DNA of 64,000 nt, from positions 1,242,574 to 1,306,573 of the forward strand of contig NW_003314276.1 in assembly GCF_000143415.4 (NCBI RefSeq), in the 5' to 3' direction. Positions 38,325 to 50,460 of this stretch are shown piece after piece. Every line of letters begins with the position of its first letter. The stretch's first letter is position 1. This stretch comes from Selaginella moellendorffii. Lineage: Eukaryota > Plantae > Lycopodiophyta. The notes below the pieces were generated by a model, which saw only the letters and a program-made list of their open reading frames with translations, ran no database searches and was not told where the DNA came from. The position numbers were made by a program, and so were the translations under genes.

Positions 38325-39998
38325 TGTAAGCGACTAATTTTTCCATTCTACTTTAGTCACTTAACCACACCTCCGACCACTTGGCGGAGTCTCATTCACA
38401 ACCTCCATCAGTCCAATTCAGGACTTGGGACTTGCTAGCCCCAAGAATGGCATCCATGCCACTCCACACTTGCACCTGGTCCAAGTGCTCCACGTGTCCG
38501 GTCCCGAGACCGACACCCAAAGGTACCACTGACATCTCGGCCCGTTACGCTAAGGCCATGCCCATTCACCTTTGCTGCACTAGTGGTTCAACACCACTTG
38601 CATCACCACCTCGTCTCTCCAAGACTGGGCCATGTGTCCACGAGTGGTCATCCTAGATCCACTCCTTAGCATCCTTAGGATGCCCACAGACCTGGGGAAT
38701 TGCCTTCCTCAAAGTCCCTTTGTCAGTTCCTACCAAGTCCCTTTCTGCCCCTGGCCGTGTTTGCCAACACTGCCACTGGATCGAGGCCCACAGGCCCGAC
38801 CACTAAGTCCCACGGTCCTCTGGGACTTCCTCACCACATGACTGTGTCCTTGGTCACTACCCCAGAGGGCTGCTCCTCTTCCTTTCCACAGTCTGGGCCT
38901 TTGGGACAACATTTCGGAACACCGTGGCCTTACGCGAGCCACCTGGGTACTCTCCCCACCTATCGCCTTTAGGTGCTCTAGCCATGGGCTTAGAGCGAGG
39001 TTCCGTTGAGCCACGCCTAGTATCCAAGTAGGTAGTGCCACCCACACTTGGACTGGGAGCATCGGCCATTCGATCTCCCGGGGGAACTAGAGCCGGCTCT
39101 TGAACACTTCACCAAGCTACCCCGCTTGTCGGTCCGTATTCACTCTAGTCTTGGACTTCCCAGTGGTCAGTTCATCACCCAACACTGGGTCTGGCCTTCC
39201 TGGGCCAAACTGGCCTTTCCTGGCCAAACTGGCTCCACTGCAGTCCTCCCCCTACTATACTTTTGGAGCTCACCAAACCCCCCAGGGTCTGGGAGACGAA
39301 CGCTTTGGGCTTTCACCCTCTCAGGCTCCAGACTCGGACTCAGACTCGGATTTGGATTCGGACTCGGACTCGGGCTCGGGCTCGGTCTCGGCCTCGGCCT
39401 CGGTCTCGGTCTCGGACTCGGGCTCGGGCTCGGTCTCGGCCTCGGCCTCGGTCTCGGTCTCGGACTCCATCTCGGACTCCATCTCGGGTCCATCTCGGAC
39501 TCCAACTCGGACTCCATTTCGGGTCCATCTCGGACTCCATCTCGGACTCCATTTCGGGTCCATTTCGGGTCCATCTCGGACTCCATCTCGGACTCCATTT
39601 CGGGTCCATCTCGGGTCCATCTCGGACTCCATCTCGGACTCCATCTCGGGTCCATCTCGGACTCCATCTCGGACTCCATTTCGGGTCCATCTTGGGTCCA
39701 TCTCGGACTCCACTTCGGACTCCAACTCGGGTCCACCTCGGACTCCACTTCGGACTCCATCTCGGACACTCCCACGTGTCATGTGTTGGTCCTTTTGGGT
39801 CCCTTTTTGGAGCCTCGCCTTTTGCTCGCTTCGTGCTCGTTCCTCGAGCACTTCGTTGGGAGTTCCACTCCCGCTCTTGACTTTTCAAGTCGGAGCTTTT
39901 GGTCCAAACTTGTTACGCTCGTTTGGCTCTCGCTTCGGCCACTACCATGTGGCGCCCTTCCGGCTCCACTCTGGGGCCTAGGGATTTTGTGTCTCACA
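38325..39998 (-). repeat. 3' LTR of C, containing a CTCGG-based array at ~39332-39768
   Basis: Near-identical to 44778-46461 outside the array. Confidence 0.95.
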
Positions 39999-41332
39999 AC
40001 TCCACCACCCATAGACGAAGTTTGATGTCCTCATCGAACGGTGAACCATTTTATAAAGTAACACCCGCATGTGTTACCATTTCCATCCTTGGCGCGTAGC
40101 CAATATTTGTCAATGGTGTGATATTGAAGGCTCACCATGCCTTTTGCATATCCTCTAAGGAGGGTAGTCTCTCCAACTTAGAGACTGATTGGACCACATA
40201 TAGTGGTTCTCTCCTTTTATTGGTTTAGTTCTCGCTAAACCTCTTAGAGACCCTTCTCTAAGTCAATCCCACTACTCCTTCTCGAGTAGTCTCAATTTCC
40301 ATCGATATAACCTTTGCACTTTGGAACTTTGAATTTTGACTTCTTGGAGTCAATTTCCTAGGTGTCTCCGACACCTTGCCTTGCACCTTTTGTGCAACTC
40401 CACTTCCCATCCTAGGAAGTTCTCTACTCGAGGGCACCATCATCCTCTCTTCTATTTCGTGCTAAAGTTCCAGTTATCATACTTGTGCTAGGGCTGTTCA
40501 TGGCCCTATCATTTGGCTACCTTACCGCTCCCTCCCTTGGAGCTTCCACTTTCACCAACTTGGAGCATTTCGGGATCCCTCCTTGGAAACACACTTCCTT
40601 TCCCGCAACTCGTTAGCGTCCAACACATTAGTGTTCCTCGCCTAACTTTGTCACTTGGATTCCTTCCAAGGGATTCCATGGCCCTATCTTGGCCACTCAT
40701 CTTTTGCTCCTATCCGTTGTTTGTTGCACCAAGCAACATCGAATCTCTACCTCCCTCCTTGAGGTATTGTTTTGGTTTCATAGCAAAGACTCTTCTTTGC
40801 CAAGTCCAGAGGATGTTCACCCCTAGTACGTCTCTTTAGCATCTTCTGCTATGGGCTCTATCCACGGCCCAACTTCGTGACCCTCCCATGGGTCTTTTAT
40901 AGAGACTACTTTCCTCGGACTCACTATGCCATCGCACGGACATAGTTTATTTCCCTTAGGTGCTCTTCCCACTTGGTTATCACGACCAAGCCACACCACC
41001 TTAAACAGTTCAATTTCAACATTTTGAACCAGGAACTTCATTCCTTAGCCAACCAAGGACCTTGTCCTTATCTGGCCATAAGATCACCTAGTGATCTCAC
41101 CTTGGCACCTTAACAGGGTTGCCAAGAGGTACTTGGTTTTCTAGACCTCCAAGTTGTTGACTATAACCCCGGGGGCATCCCCCACACTTGGCGGTGCACC
41201 CAAAGCTAGCCTGTAAGCAACCAAAGGGAACGACTTGAGAGACGATCCATGGGGTTCAAATATAGAGGGAAAGGGCCCATGAACAAGAGTGCACCCCCTT
41301 TTCCACTCGGTTAAGGGTCTTGGGATACTTGG

Positions 41333-41388
41333 AGTTAAGCGTCCTTGGGTTTGAATAGTACTGGGCTGGGTGACCTCCCGGGAAGTCC
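41333..41388 (+). promoter_or_regulatory. 5S rDNA-derived Pol III internal promoter (A box / IE / C box) in the Cassandra 5' LTR; second copy at 41861-41916
   Basis: AGTTAAGCGTCCTTGGG..TAGTACTGGGCTGGGTGACCTCCCGGGAAGTCC vs plant 5S AGTTAAGCGTGCTTGGG..TAGTACTAGGATGGGTGACCTCCTGGGAAGTCC. Confidence 0.92.
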
Positions 41389-41449
41389 AAACTCAGGAGT
41401 TTACATTTGGTATCAGAGAGGTCTCGGGTCCGACTCTGTTGGTTGGCTA

Positions 41450-41711
41450 AGGGAATCACACCACATGTTGATTGACATCTGGCTGGTCCAGTTTGCTCCC
41501 GCTGGGCTCGACCCGAGGGGTAGGGTGTCAAGAGAGCGGGGCTCTCTGGAGAGCTACGGCTCTCAGCTTCCGTTCACGAGGGAATCACACCACATGTTGA
41601 TTGACATCTGGCTGGTCCAGTTTGCTCCCGCTGGGCTCGACCCGAGGGGTAGGGTGTCAAGAGAGCGGGGCTCTCTGGAGAGCTACGGCTCTCAGCTTCC
41701 GTTCACGAGGG
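41450..41711 (+). repeat. Perfect 129-bp tandem duplication in the Cassandra interior
   Basis: Units start at 41450 and 41579, bounded by AGGG microhomology. Confidence 0.95.
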
Positions 41712-44700
41712 CGTGAACTTGCAGGGAAGCATGGTGGATTGTAAGCAACCAAAGGGAACGACTTGAGAGACGATCCATGGGGTTCAAATATAGAGGGAAA
41801 GGGCCCATGAACAAGAGTGCACCCCCTTTTCCACTCGGTTAAGGGTCTTGGGATACTTGGAGTTAAGCGTCCTTGGGTTTGAATAGTACTGGGCTGGGTG
41901 ACCTCCCGGGAAGTCCAAACTCAGGAGTTTACATAGCCCTTACGACCAAGGGTTCATAGCAACTGAGATTAGGTGTCCCCATCTCACTCACCACGACCTT
42001 GGTGCCACTTGCACCAAAGTGTTCAAGTTAGATATGCTGAGCTTTCACACTAAGCAATCTAACCGTGCATCACGACTCCGAGGCATCCCTCGCTTGGCGG
42101 TGTGCCCAAACCAGTCTCCCCACTGAGAGTCCATGACCACCGAAATATGAGTGTCCTCATATTCCAAACCATCACCATGCCCTAGTGATTTGGGACTCGA
42201 ACCCAAGCACTAGAGGGTCGGGACTCGAACCCAACCTCCGTATATGCATCTACGGACAGCATCACACAAGATGCCTGGCGTGACTCTCCACGCCGGTGCA
42301 CCAACCTATTTTTAAAGCGCGCTACAGATCACAGCTTAGGAACCTAGTTCCTCCACACTGCCAAGTCCTCTCACTTGACATGTCTATGATCATGCATGGA
42401 CTCCTCCATGCTCGGCCCCCTGGCCCACCCTTTTTGAAGATATCACCTTCAACTAGGGTATTTGTTCCCCCGACGTGCCAATCTCACTTGGCAAGTCCTC
42501 CGACCATTGTAACATGGTTCCTGCATAAGCGTGAAAGTCCTTGACCATCGACTTTCGTTCAAAGCCCTCTCTTTGAACACTCGGGAACTACTTCCCTAAC
42601 CTTGATAACCTTGCCTCATGGCAAGCTTCAAGACCACGCTTCTACTGCGCCACTCTGATTTCGCGCGTTCCATGAACCATTTACACTTGGCCTTTCTAGG
42701 TACTATGCTACCTAGAATCGTCTTTGGGAACCTTGAAGGAACTCTGTCCCTCAGCTTGCTAAGGCCTCCCCTTTCGCAAGCTTTATAGTTGCCATATAGT
42801 CTAACATGGAAAATTCCATATTTTAGACTCTCCATGGCATCACGGTTGCTAGCAACAACATCCTCGAGCACCCTCTTGATTCTCCACTCCCAACTTTCAT
42901 AACCACTATTGGATATGCCCTTTGATTTCTATGGTTTAGTTCCATCCCAATACTACTTGCCTTTGGCTTCACACCTTTCCTTCGGTCATTCTCCTCTAGA
43001 CCAGGAGGATAGCTTTGCACTTTCTATCATGCCTTAGCAAGTATTCTTAGGGATGAACCTACCCAATAGCCCAGGGAGTGGTTCCTCAATCCGGGTATGC
43101 TCAGCTTATAATCCCACACACTGGGATTACATTGTTGCTTATGGGCCTTTACCTGCCCATCACTAGCCTTGCCAAAATTCCATTTTTGGCTTTGTCCAAC
43201 TTAGGTAGACAGTCCTCTCCTGTCTCCACAACCTTGGACATTTGGATAGCACCTTCTATCCATCATTCACTAGGGACTCAGTCCCTTGGGCTTTATCCAT
43301 TGCCCTCGCGACATCAAACACCACCTTCTGGTGTTTTAGAGTGTTCGGGTGTCCCAATGATGGCTTTCTAGACAATGAGTATTTCCTTTTATGACATTGA
43401 CTTACTATATCGCAACATAAGCAACTTATCCCCCGTAAGGGTATATCCAACTTCCCTATACTAGAAGTCTTGGGTAGCTACCTTCTACCCGTTTAACCAG
43501 TTATTTTGCACCTCTTGCTTAGTTGCCTCATAGTTGTCAAGTCCTACAACTCATTGCTTGGTGCTTTCACACCTCCATCATTATCTGGGTCACCACACTC
43601 CAACTGCATGCTCTGCAACTTAGGCTATGCTATTCCCATTTCCATTGGGATTCCTTTGGCAAGGGGTTCTCATGAACCCACCAACATAGCCTCAAGGTAT
43701 CACACCTTGGCACATTTGGTGTCTCCACACCATCGGCTCCACGAGCCTACCTCTATGACATTTCCCCTTCGTGTCTAAGTCTTTGCCAAGACCAACACCG
43801 CTCTTTCTTATGCCAACCATCCGTTAGCACTGCACCATAGAGGTCACACACAACTTTATGTCAAAGTTGTTTTCTTCTGGGAACACCTTTCCCATAACTT
43901 TAGCATGGCACATTCTGCCATTGATGAGATACCCTCTGTTCTCATCCTTGGATCCTATGATCCCCCCCCATCCTTTGTGGGGTACAACACACCTCAGTCT
44001 AAATGCTTCCATCAGTCCTTTTAGGACCATCCGTTGACTCTACTTGAGTCATCCAGCAGTTTTGGACTTGGTTAATCTACAGACCCGTAAGGTCCTACTT
44101 GTGAGGCACTAGCTCACTGGAATACACTTCTTGCATTCCTGTCCTACTCAAAAGGACTATTTTCACAAGTGTTACTCCGACACTTGATTTTGTTCTCTGG
44201 GGGCAACCTTTGCCCCTTAAGACCACTTGTCCATGTGATGAGAATACCAACTCATCCACTTAATACACCCCCAACTCCTTGGGTTGTTCTAGCATTTATT
44301 AGAGGTAGCCCCGGCTACCATTTCGAGGACTCGTGTCCTCATCCATACTTGACCTCTCACGGTCATCCATTCCGGTCTCACCTTCATGAGCACCAGCCTC
44401 AACCATATGAGGATAAACTTGTGACTCCTTTATTGTTTTTGGAGTCTCTATCTTCCCCGTGATCCCAACTATAGTTGTTTACCCCAACTATATTAGCCCG
44501 TTTGCGAAGTCAAACGCTCATCTGGATCACCTCCTCAACTCAATGAGGAAAACCTTGCACTGTTCCCAAGATCCCAAAGTCGTTCCATTATTGGCCCCTT
44601 TTCTATCCACCACCTTGTCTACAAGTTCACACATGAACTGTAATGGAGAGCCATGTCTTCCCGACCTGCTACTCCTCAAGGATAGGCCCACTTCTCGGAC

Positions 44701-44777
44701 CTTCCGTTGCCAACACCAGTGGCAATATACTTGAGCACCAATAAAAGTCGGACTAAGGAACAGCTCCGATACCAAAT

Positions 44778-46461
44778 TGTAAGCGACTAATTTTTCCATT
44801 CTACTTTAGTCACTTAACCACACCTCCGACCACTTGGCGGAGTCTCATTCACAACCTCCATCAGTCCAATTCAGGACTTGGGACTTGCTAGCCCCAAGAA
44901 TGGCATCCATGCCACTCCACACTTGCACCTGGTCCAAGTGCTCCACGTGTCCGGTCCCGAGACCGACACCCAAAGGTACCACTGACATCTCGGCCCGTTA
45001 CGCTAAGGCCATGCCCATTCACCTTTGCTGCACTAGTGGTTCAACACCACTTGCATCACCACCTCGTCTCTCCAAGACTGGGCCATGTGTCCACGAGTGG
45101 TCATCCTAGATCCACTCCTTAGCATCCTTAGGATGCCCACAGACCTGGGGAATTGCCTTCCCCAAAGTCCCTTTGTCAGTTCCTACCAAGTCCCTTTCTG
45201 CCCCTGGCCGTGTTTGCCAACACTGCCACTGGATCGAGGCCCACAGGCCCGACCACTAAGTCCCACGGTCCTCTGGGACTTCCTCACCACATGACTGTGT
45301 CCTTGGTCACTACCCCAGAGGGCTGCTCCTCTTCCTTTCCACAGTCTGGGCCTTTGGGACAACATTTCGGAACACCGTGGCCTTACGCGAGCCACATGGG
45401 TACTCTCCCCACCTATCGCTTTTAGGTGCTCTAGCCATGGGCTTAGAGCGAGGTTCCGTTGAGCCACGCCTAGTATCCAAGTAGGTAGTGCCACCCACAC
45501 TTGGACTGGGAGCATCGGCCAGTCGATCTCCCGGGGGAACTAGAGCCGGCTCTTGAACACTTCACCAAGCTACCCCGCTTGTCGGTCCGTATTCACTCTA
45601 GTCTTGGACTTCCCAGTGGTCAGTTCATCACCCAACACTGGGTCTGGCCTTCCTGGGCCAAACTGGCCTTTCCTGGCCAAACTGGCTCCACTGCAGTCCT
45701 CCCCCTACTATACTTTTGGAGCTCACCAAACCCCCCAGGGTCTGGGAGACGAACGCTTTGGGCTTTCACCCTCTCAGGCTCGAGACTCGGACTCAGACTC
45801 GGACTCGGACTCGGATTTGGATTCGGACTCGGACTCGGGCTCGGGCTCGGTCTTGGCCTCGGCCTCGGTCTCGGTCTCGGACTCCATCTCGGACTCCATC
45901 TCGGGTCCATCTCGGGTCCATCTCGGACTCCATCTCGGACTCCATCTCGGGTCCATCTCGGACTCCAACTCGGACTCCATTTCGGGTCCATCTCGGACTC
46001 CATCTCGGACTCCATTTCGGGTCCATTTCGGGTCCATCTCGGACTCCATCTCGGACTCCATTTCGGGTCCATCTCGGGTCCATCTCGGACTCCATCTCGG
46101 ACTCCATCTCGGGTCCATCTCGGACTCCATCTCGGACTCCATTTCGGGTCCATCTCGGGTCCATCTCGGACTCCACTTCGGACTCCAACTCAGGTCCACC
46201 TCGGACTCCACTTCGGACTCCATCTCGGACACTCCCACGTGTCATGTGTTGGTCCTTTTGGGTCCCTTTTTGGAGCCTCGCCTTTTGCTCGCTTCGTGCT
46301 CGTTCCTCGAGCACTTCGTTGGGAGTTCCACTCCCGCTCTTGACTTTTCAAGTCGGAGCTTTTGGTCCAAACGTGTTACGCTCGTTTGGCTCTCGCTTCG
46401 GCCACTACCATGTGGCGCCCTTCCGGCTCCACTCTGGGGCCTAGGGATTTTGTGTCTCACA
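44778..46461 (-). repeat. 5' LTR of C, containing an array at ~45780-46230
   Basis: Adjacent to PBS. Confidence 0.95.
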
Positions 46462-47330
46462 GTCTGTTGCGTCTCAGCTGGCTGCTGTAGCTCGGTTGGC
46501 TGCTGCGGCAAAGATGGCTGCTCCTCAGCACGCTGGTGTGGTGAAGATAGCTGCTCAACAGGCTGTGGCAATGATTGTTGGTGCTGCTCGACTGGCTGCA
46601 ACGGTGGAGACTGCTGCTCGACGGGCTGCAACGGTGGAGATTGTTGCTGAGGCTGGTGTTGCTCGGCAGTCTGCTCCGTGGGTGGTTTGTAAAAAGTGTT
46701 GTGCCCCTACTCAACGGATGGTGGATTTGTAACCGTCTCAAGATTTTCAAGAATATCCTGCGTCAGCGAAATATGATCGTCCACTAGAATTGTTGTACCT
46801 GGAGACAGAGGTTGTGCCGGTTCCTGCGGTGGTGATGGTGGCAAATCCGGCTGCGGTGAGCTAGGAGGCTGCAAGCTCCTCGTTGGTGGCTGTGTAAGTG
46901 CCAAACTCTGCTGCCGTTTTGTTTTGGTTCTAGAAGTTCTCTTTGGTTGTTGTCATCTTGGCACCGTGTGTTGGATCGTTTGCACATCAATGTCGTCACT
47001 ATCAACCTGTGGAGGCGCAATGTTTCTTCGTCCTTGTCCCCGTGTCTTTCTTCGTGGAGTTGCTACTGTCTTTCGCTGGACCTTTTTCTTCTCGGTATTC
47101 ATCAATTGTTCTTCAGCTTGGCACTTTGAACTTTTTGTGGCTTCATGCTGTGGAGGTAGAGGTGGTGGACTGTAGATCACCATTGCTTGTTTTCTATGCA
47201 TGATAATGGCTCGGACATACGGTAGTATCAGTGTCCTCACACATTTCTTCGCGTTGAGTTCTCCTGCCACCTTCTTAAGTTCTCTGCGAAACTTCGGGAT
47301 CACATATCCTGCTAAATCCACTTTCTTCAT
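46462..47330 (-). pseudogene. N-terminal remnant of E's 3' extra ORF (P/Q-rich, two premature stops)
   Basis: ORFs 46953-47330, 46707-46904 and the Q/P stretch share one frame separated by single stops. Confidence 0.65.
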
Positions 47331-48110
47331 TTGGTGTATCAGCCAATGCGATCATGTTACGATAGGCTTCTCACAATCCTTGTATATAAGACAAACTCTT
47401 GCCTTTGTCAGTGATGAGATCTTTACATTTCTTTGCATGTAATTTGAATCGTCTAGTATAGTCTTGAATTCCTTCCTTTGGTCGCTGTTTTATATTCTTG
47501 ATGTGCTCATAATGCTCCTCTGGTGTTCCCCCAGCTGGGAATTGTTCCTTGAATTGTTCAAGTTTCTCGTCATGTGGTACAGAATCTTCTAGTGTATGAT
47601 ACCACTCAAGAGCTTTTCCTTTAAGTGTGTATGGGAAAAGTATGGCTTGATGCTGTTCTTGATTGTTCATTTTAACAATCTGGTTGAATTGCTTTACATG
47701 TAATTCTGAATCTTCTGACTTACTTCCTGTGAAAATTGGATATGTAACCATGCTTCCAATTGTACTCATCGGATTAATGATTGCCATAGGTGGTCGTAGA
47801 CTTTGTTGGTTGAGTTGTTGTTCTGGTGAGTCTGGATTTGAGTAATCTGGTGTTGTGTATTCTGCTTCTTCAAATGTCTCAAACTCTTGGGCGTCTTTGA
47901 TATTCAGTTCCTTGTTATCTTTAACTGGGTTGCTCGACTCGGCAACTTGAATTTGCTTATCCGCTTTGTCATACTTGTTTAAAATCGTTTCTAAAATTTG
48001 TTGCTGTTGTTGTTCTAATTTCTCTTTTTCTACCTCTTCCTTTGTTTTGTCGATTCTTTTGTCGAAGATCTCTTTCCCGGATCTTGATTGGGTCTGGTTT
48101 CTGTTTGTTC
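47331..48110 (-). pseudogene. Truncated gag of E
   Basis: QSRSGK N-terminus; PIFTG..ED..HVKQF..LFPYTLKGKALEWY..IKQ..E.IQDYTRRF..YIQGL (Retrotrans_gag signature). Confidence 0.85.
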
Positions 48111-48459
48111 ATTCAGTTTGCTAAGTCTTCTCAACTTAAATGTCGAGGAAAGTTTCCTGAAGTTGTGTTTCGCCTAAATTGACTTGAGTCAATTGTTGTT
48201 CTTCATAGATTGCAAAGTCAAGCTCTTACGTCTTGAGTCTTCTGCAAATTTAGTTTTGTTGTATAAATACGAAGTCAAGCTCTTGTGTCTTGAGTCTTCA
48301 ATCGAGTTTTATTTTCTTTCTCGATTCTTCCCGAGTTTCTTCTCGAGGTCACTTTCCTGAGTCTAGCTTAGGAAAGGTCTTGTATTTGAAAAATCAGATG
48401 GTGTAAGTATGCACTATTTTGTTTGTTGGAAGGAGGTCTGTGTTGTCATAAATTGATTG

Positions 48460-50300
48460 ATTTAGCTGTTCGCTGGTAAATTTTGGATACTGCTCGCCAA
48501 CTTTGGGATCGAGCAGGTATACAATTGTTTGGAATTCTCTCTAGTAGTCCAATCTTGAATAATTGTTTTCTTACAGTGTGTTGGTTGTTTTGGAATGCGA
48601 GCTCTCACTACGAGCTATTATGTTTCCCAGTCATTGGTAAGATTTGAAGATGCTAAATACAACAGTGGTATTTTTAATGCCCTAATTCTTGTTGCTGTAA
48701 GCCTATGTGTGCGCAATTCTATCCAATGCGCTTTTCTCTATGGTTGATGTCGTGATGGTGCATTTCCCTGAGGCCGTTCTTGCCGGTCTTGTTCTACTTC
48801 CCTCTGTCGTATAGCACGTTCTCTTCCACAATCAGAGTCTATCACTTTACGAACTTCCCAAGGTATAGTCTCAATTAATATTCTTGCATTGTAAGTTTGT
48901 AATCTTGACACAGGATCTCTTAAAATACTCCTTAAAATGTTGAAATTTCTTAAACGCACTCTTCCTTGTTGGTTGCGAGTGATGTATATTTCTAAGCTGG
49001 GGTTTCGACGTTGGACCTCAGTGTCAAAATTGAAATTTGTTACTGTATTTAATCTTGCCCCATTGTGATTCCTTCTTAAATTTCTCCTTCTTTGATTCGT
49101 AATCCTTGATCTTCCAAGATGTTCTCTTGAACTTGTCACAAGTTCAGGTTCCTATCGGTTTCTTGAACTTAAATTCTCAATTCGAATTTGTTGATTGCCT
49201 TGTTCTTGATTCCTTAACTCTTTAGCTATTCTTGTCCGTCCTAAACGATGCCAATATGCTATAGTGTATAGTTTGTTAAGAGTGCTTGTTGGTAGCGTTA
49301 CACTCAAAGGACTTTGAAGAAGTCGATAAAGTAATTTTGCATTCTCTTCAAAATCCCTAAATCTAAGTGTGTCAACAAACCAACGAACTTGTGGTTCAAT
49401 GGTTCCACACTCTGTTGCTGCTATAACTCTCGTCAAATTAGTGTTGAAAACAAGTGTTAATGGTTGAAAAGTTTCACGTTTATGTATGCCTAGGAATTCG
49501 ATAATTGTCTGTTGAAAGATGTGTCCACGATACACCCAAGTCAGGGTTCTTCGAGTTGCAAAGAAATCGAAGTAAACATGTTTTTCTTTCAACATTTCCT
49601 CATTTTCGCATTCTTCCTATTTGCTAGACAATTTGTAAAAGAGTCACAAAAGTGTTTCTTGAAGTTTTTGAAAGCAACCAAAGCTTTGTTTTTCTTCTTT
49701 TTCTAAACTATCGTTACTCTTTTTAGTGTCGTCTTCTTGGGCTATTTCTTCCCGTTTCTTTCTCTCTTCTACTGTAGCACTTTCATCCCTGATTTGGAGT
49801 CTTTCTTTCACTTGCTTGCAAGTGTTACATCGCCATTTTGGATAGCATTGCTTGTATGGTTTTGCACAATTTCTGAAACCACACAAAAGGCAATCCTCAT
49901 ATCTTGTACAGCTTGTGTCTCCAAATGGGCAGTCGTGCTTTTTCATTCTTCTTCCATCGCTAGCCGCTAGAATTTCTCTTTGGTCGTTTCTTTATCGCAG
50001 ATTCTTGATATATTTGTTCTCTTCAACCTCTCGCTAAAAGCGATTATGCTCACACCCTAAGTTTTCTGCGACTTGGGTGGCTTCAATCTTCAAGTATTCT
50101 TCATGTTTTCATGCTCGTTAACACTTGCTTACTCTGATTTCTTGTCGGAGATTCTTCAAATATTCTGATGTGCAGAATATTTTTCGTCGTCAACCTCTCG
50201 CCAAGAGGCGGTTATGGTGGATGCTTGGACTTTCTGAGAAGTGGGCGATCACTAGATGATCATAGTCTTCAAGCGCTTGGTCTCTAGCATGTTTGCCATG
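48460..50300 (-). pseudogene. Extra ORF1 upstream of gag in E (~600 aa when reconstructed) with a Cys-rich finger
   Basis: ORFs 49152-49595 and 48738-49139 are in one frame split by TAG; 49644-49946 has 8 Cys including CLLC and CNTC; frame extends upstream through C>T stops; boundaries approximate. Confidence 0.6.
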
Positions 50301-50460
50301 CTTCTTGCTGTAGATTTTTGTTGATTTTCTTCTTTTTGTTTCTTTTTGACTTTTCCCTTGATTCTTGACTTCGGCTTCTTCTTTTAGTTGTGGCTAAAGC
50401 TTCCAGTATTTGTTCTTTTGGGTGCTCTTCACTTCGCCTATCCCACCGTGGTCGCCAAAG

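Larger units (their letters stand above)
41212..41933 (+). mobile_element. Cassandra TRIM (5S-carrying non-autonomous LTR element)
   Basis: Identical 194-bp LTRs 41212-41405 and 41740-41933; TSD TAGCC; PBS TGGTATCAGAG 41408-41418; 5S-like block in each LTR; empty site visible in C0 at ~12018-12022. Confidence 0.96.
38325..46461 (-). mobile_element. LARD-like non-autonomous LTR element C, complete and young
   Basis: LTRs 38325-39998 and 44778-46461; perfect TSD GTCTG; PBS TGGTATCGGAGC (44763-44774, minus); PPT-like GGGTGGTGGAGT (39999-40010, minus); non-coding interior. Confidence 0.95.

Noticed and set aside
41333-41388. 5S rRNA gene
   Set aside because: Only the ~56-nt internal promoter portion is present, embedded in Cassandra LTRs, with no 5S ends or terminator.
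42190-42234. tRNA gene or SINE
   Set aside because: Only T-arm motifs are present; no acceptor stem, D-arm/A-box, tail or TSD.
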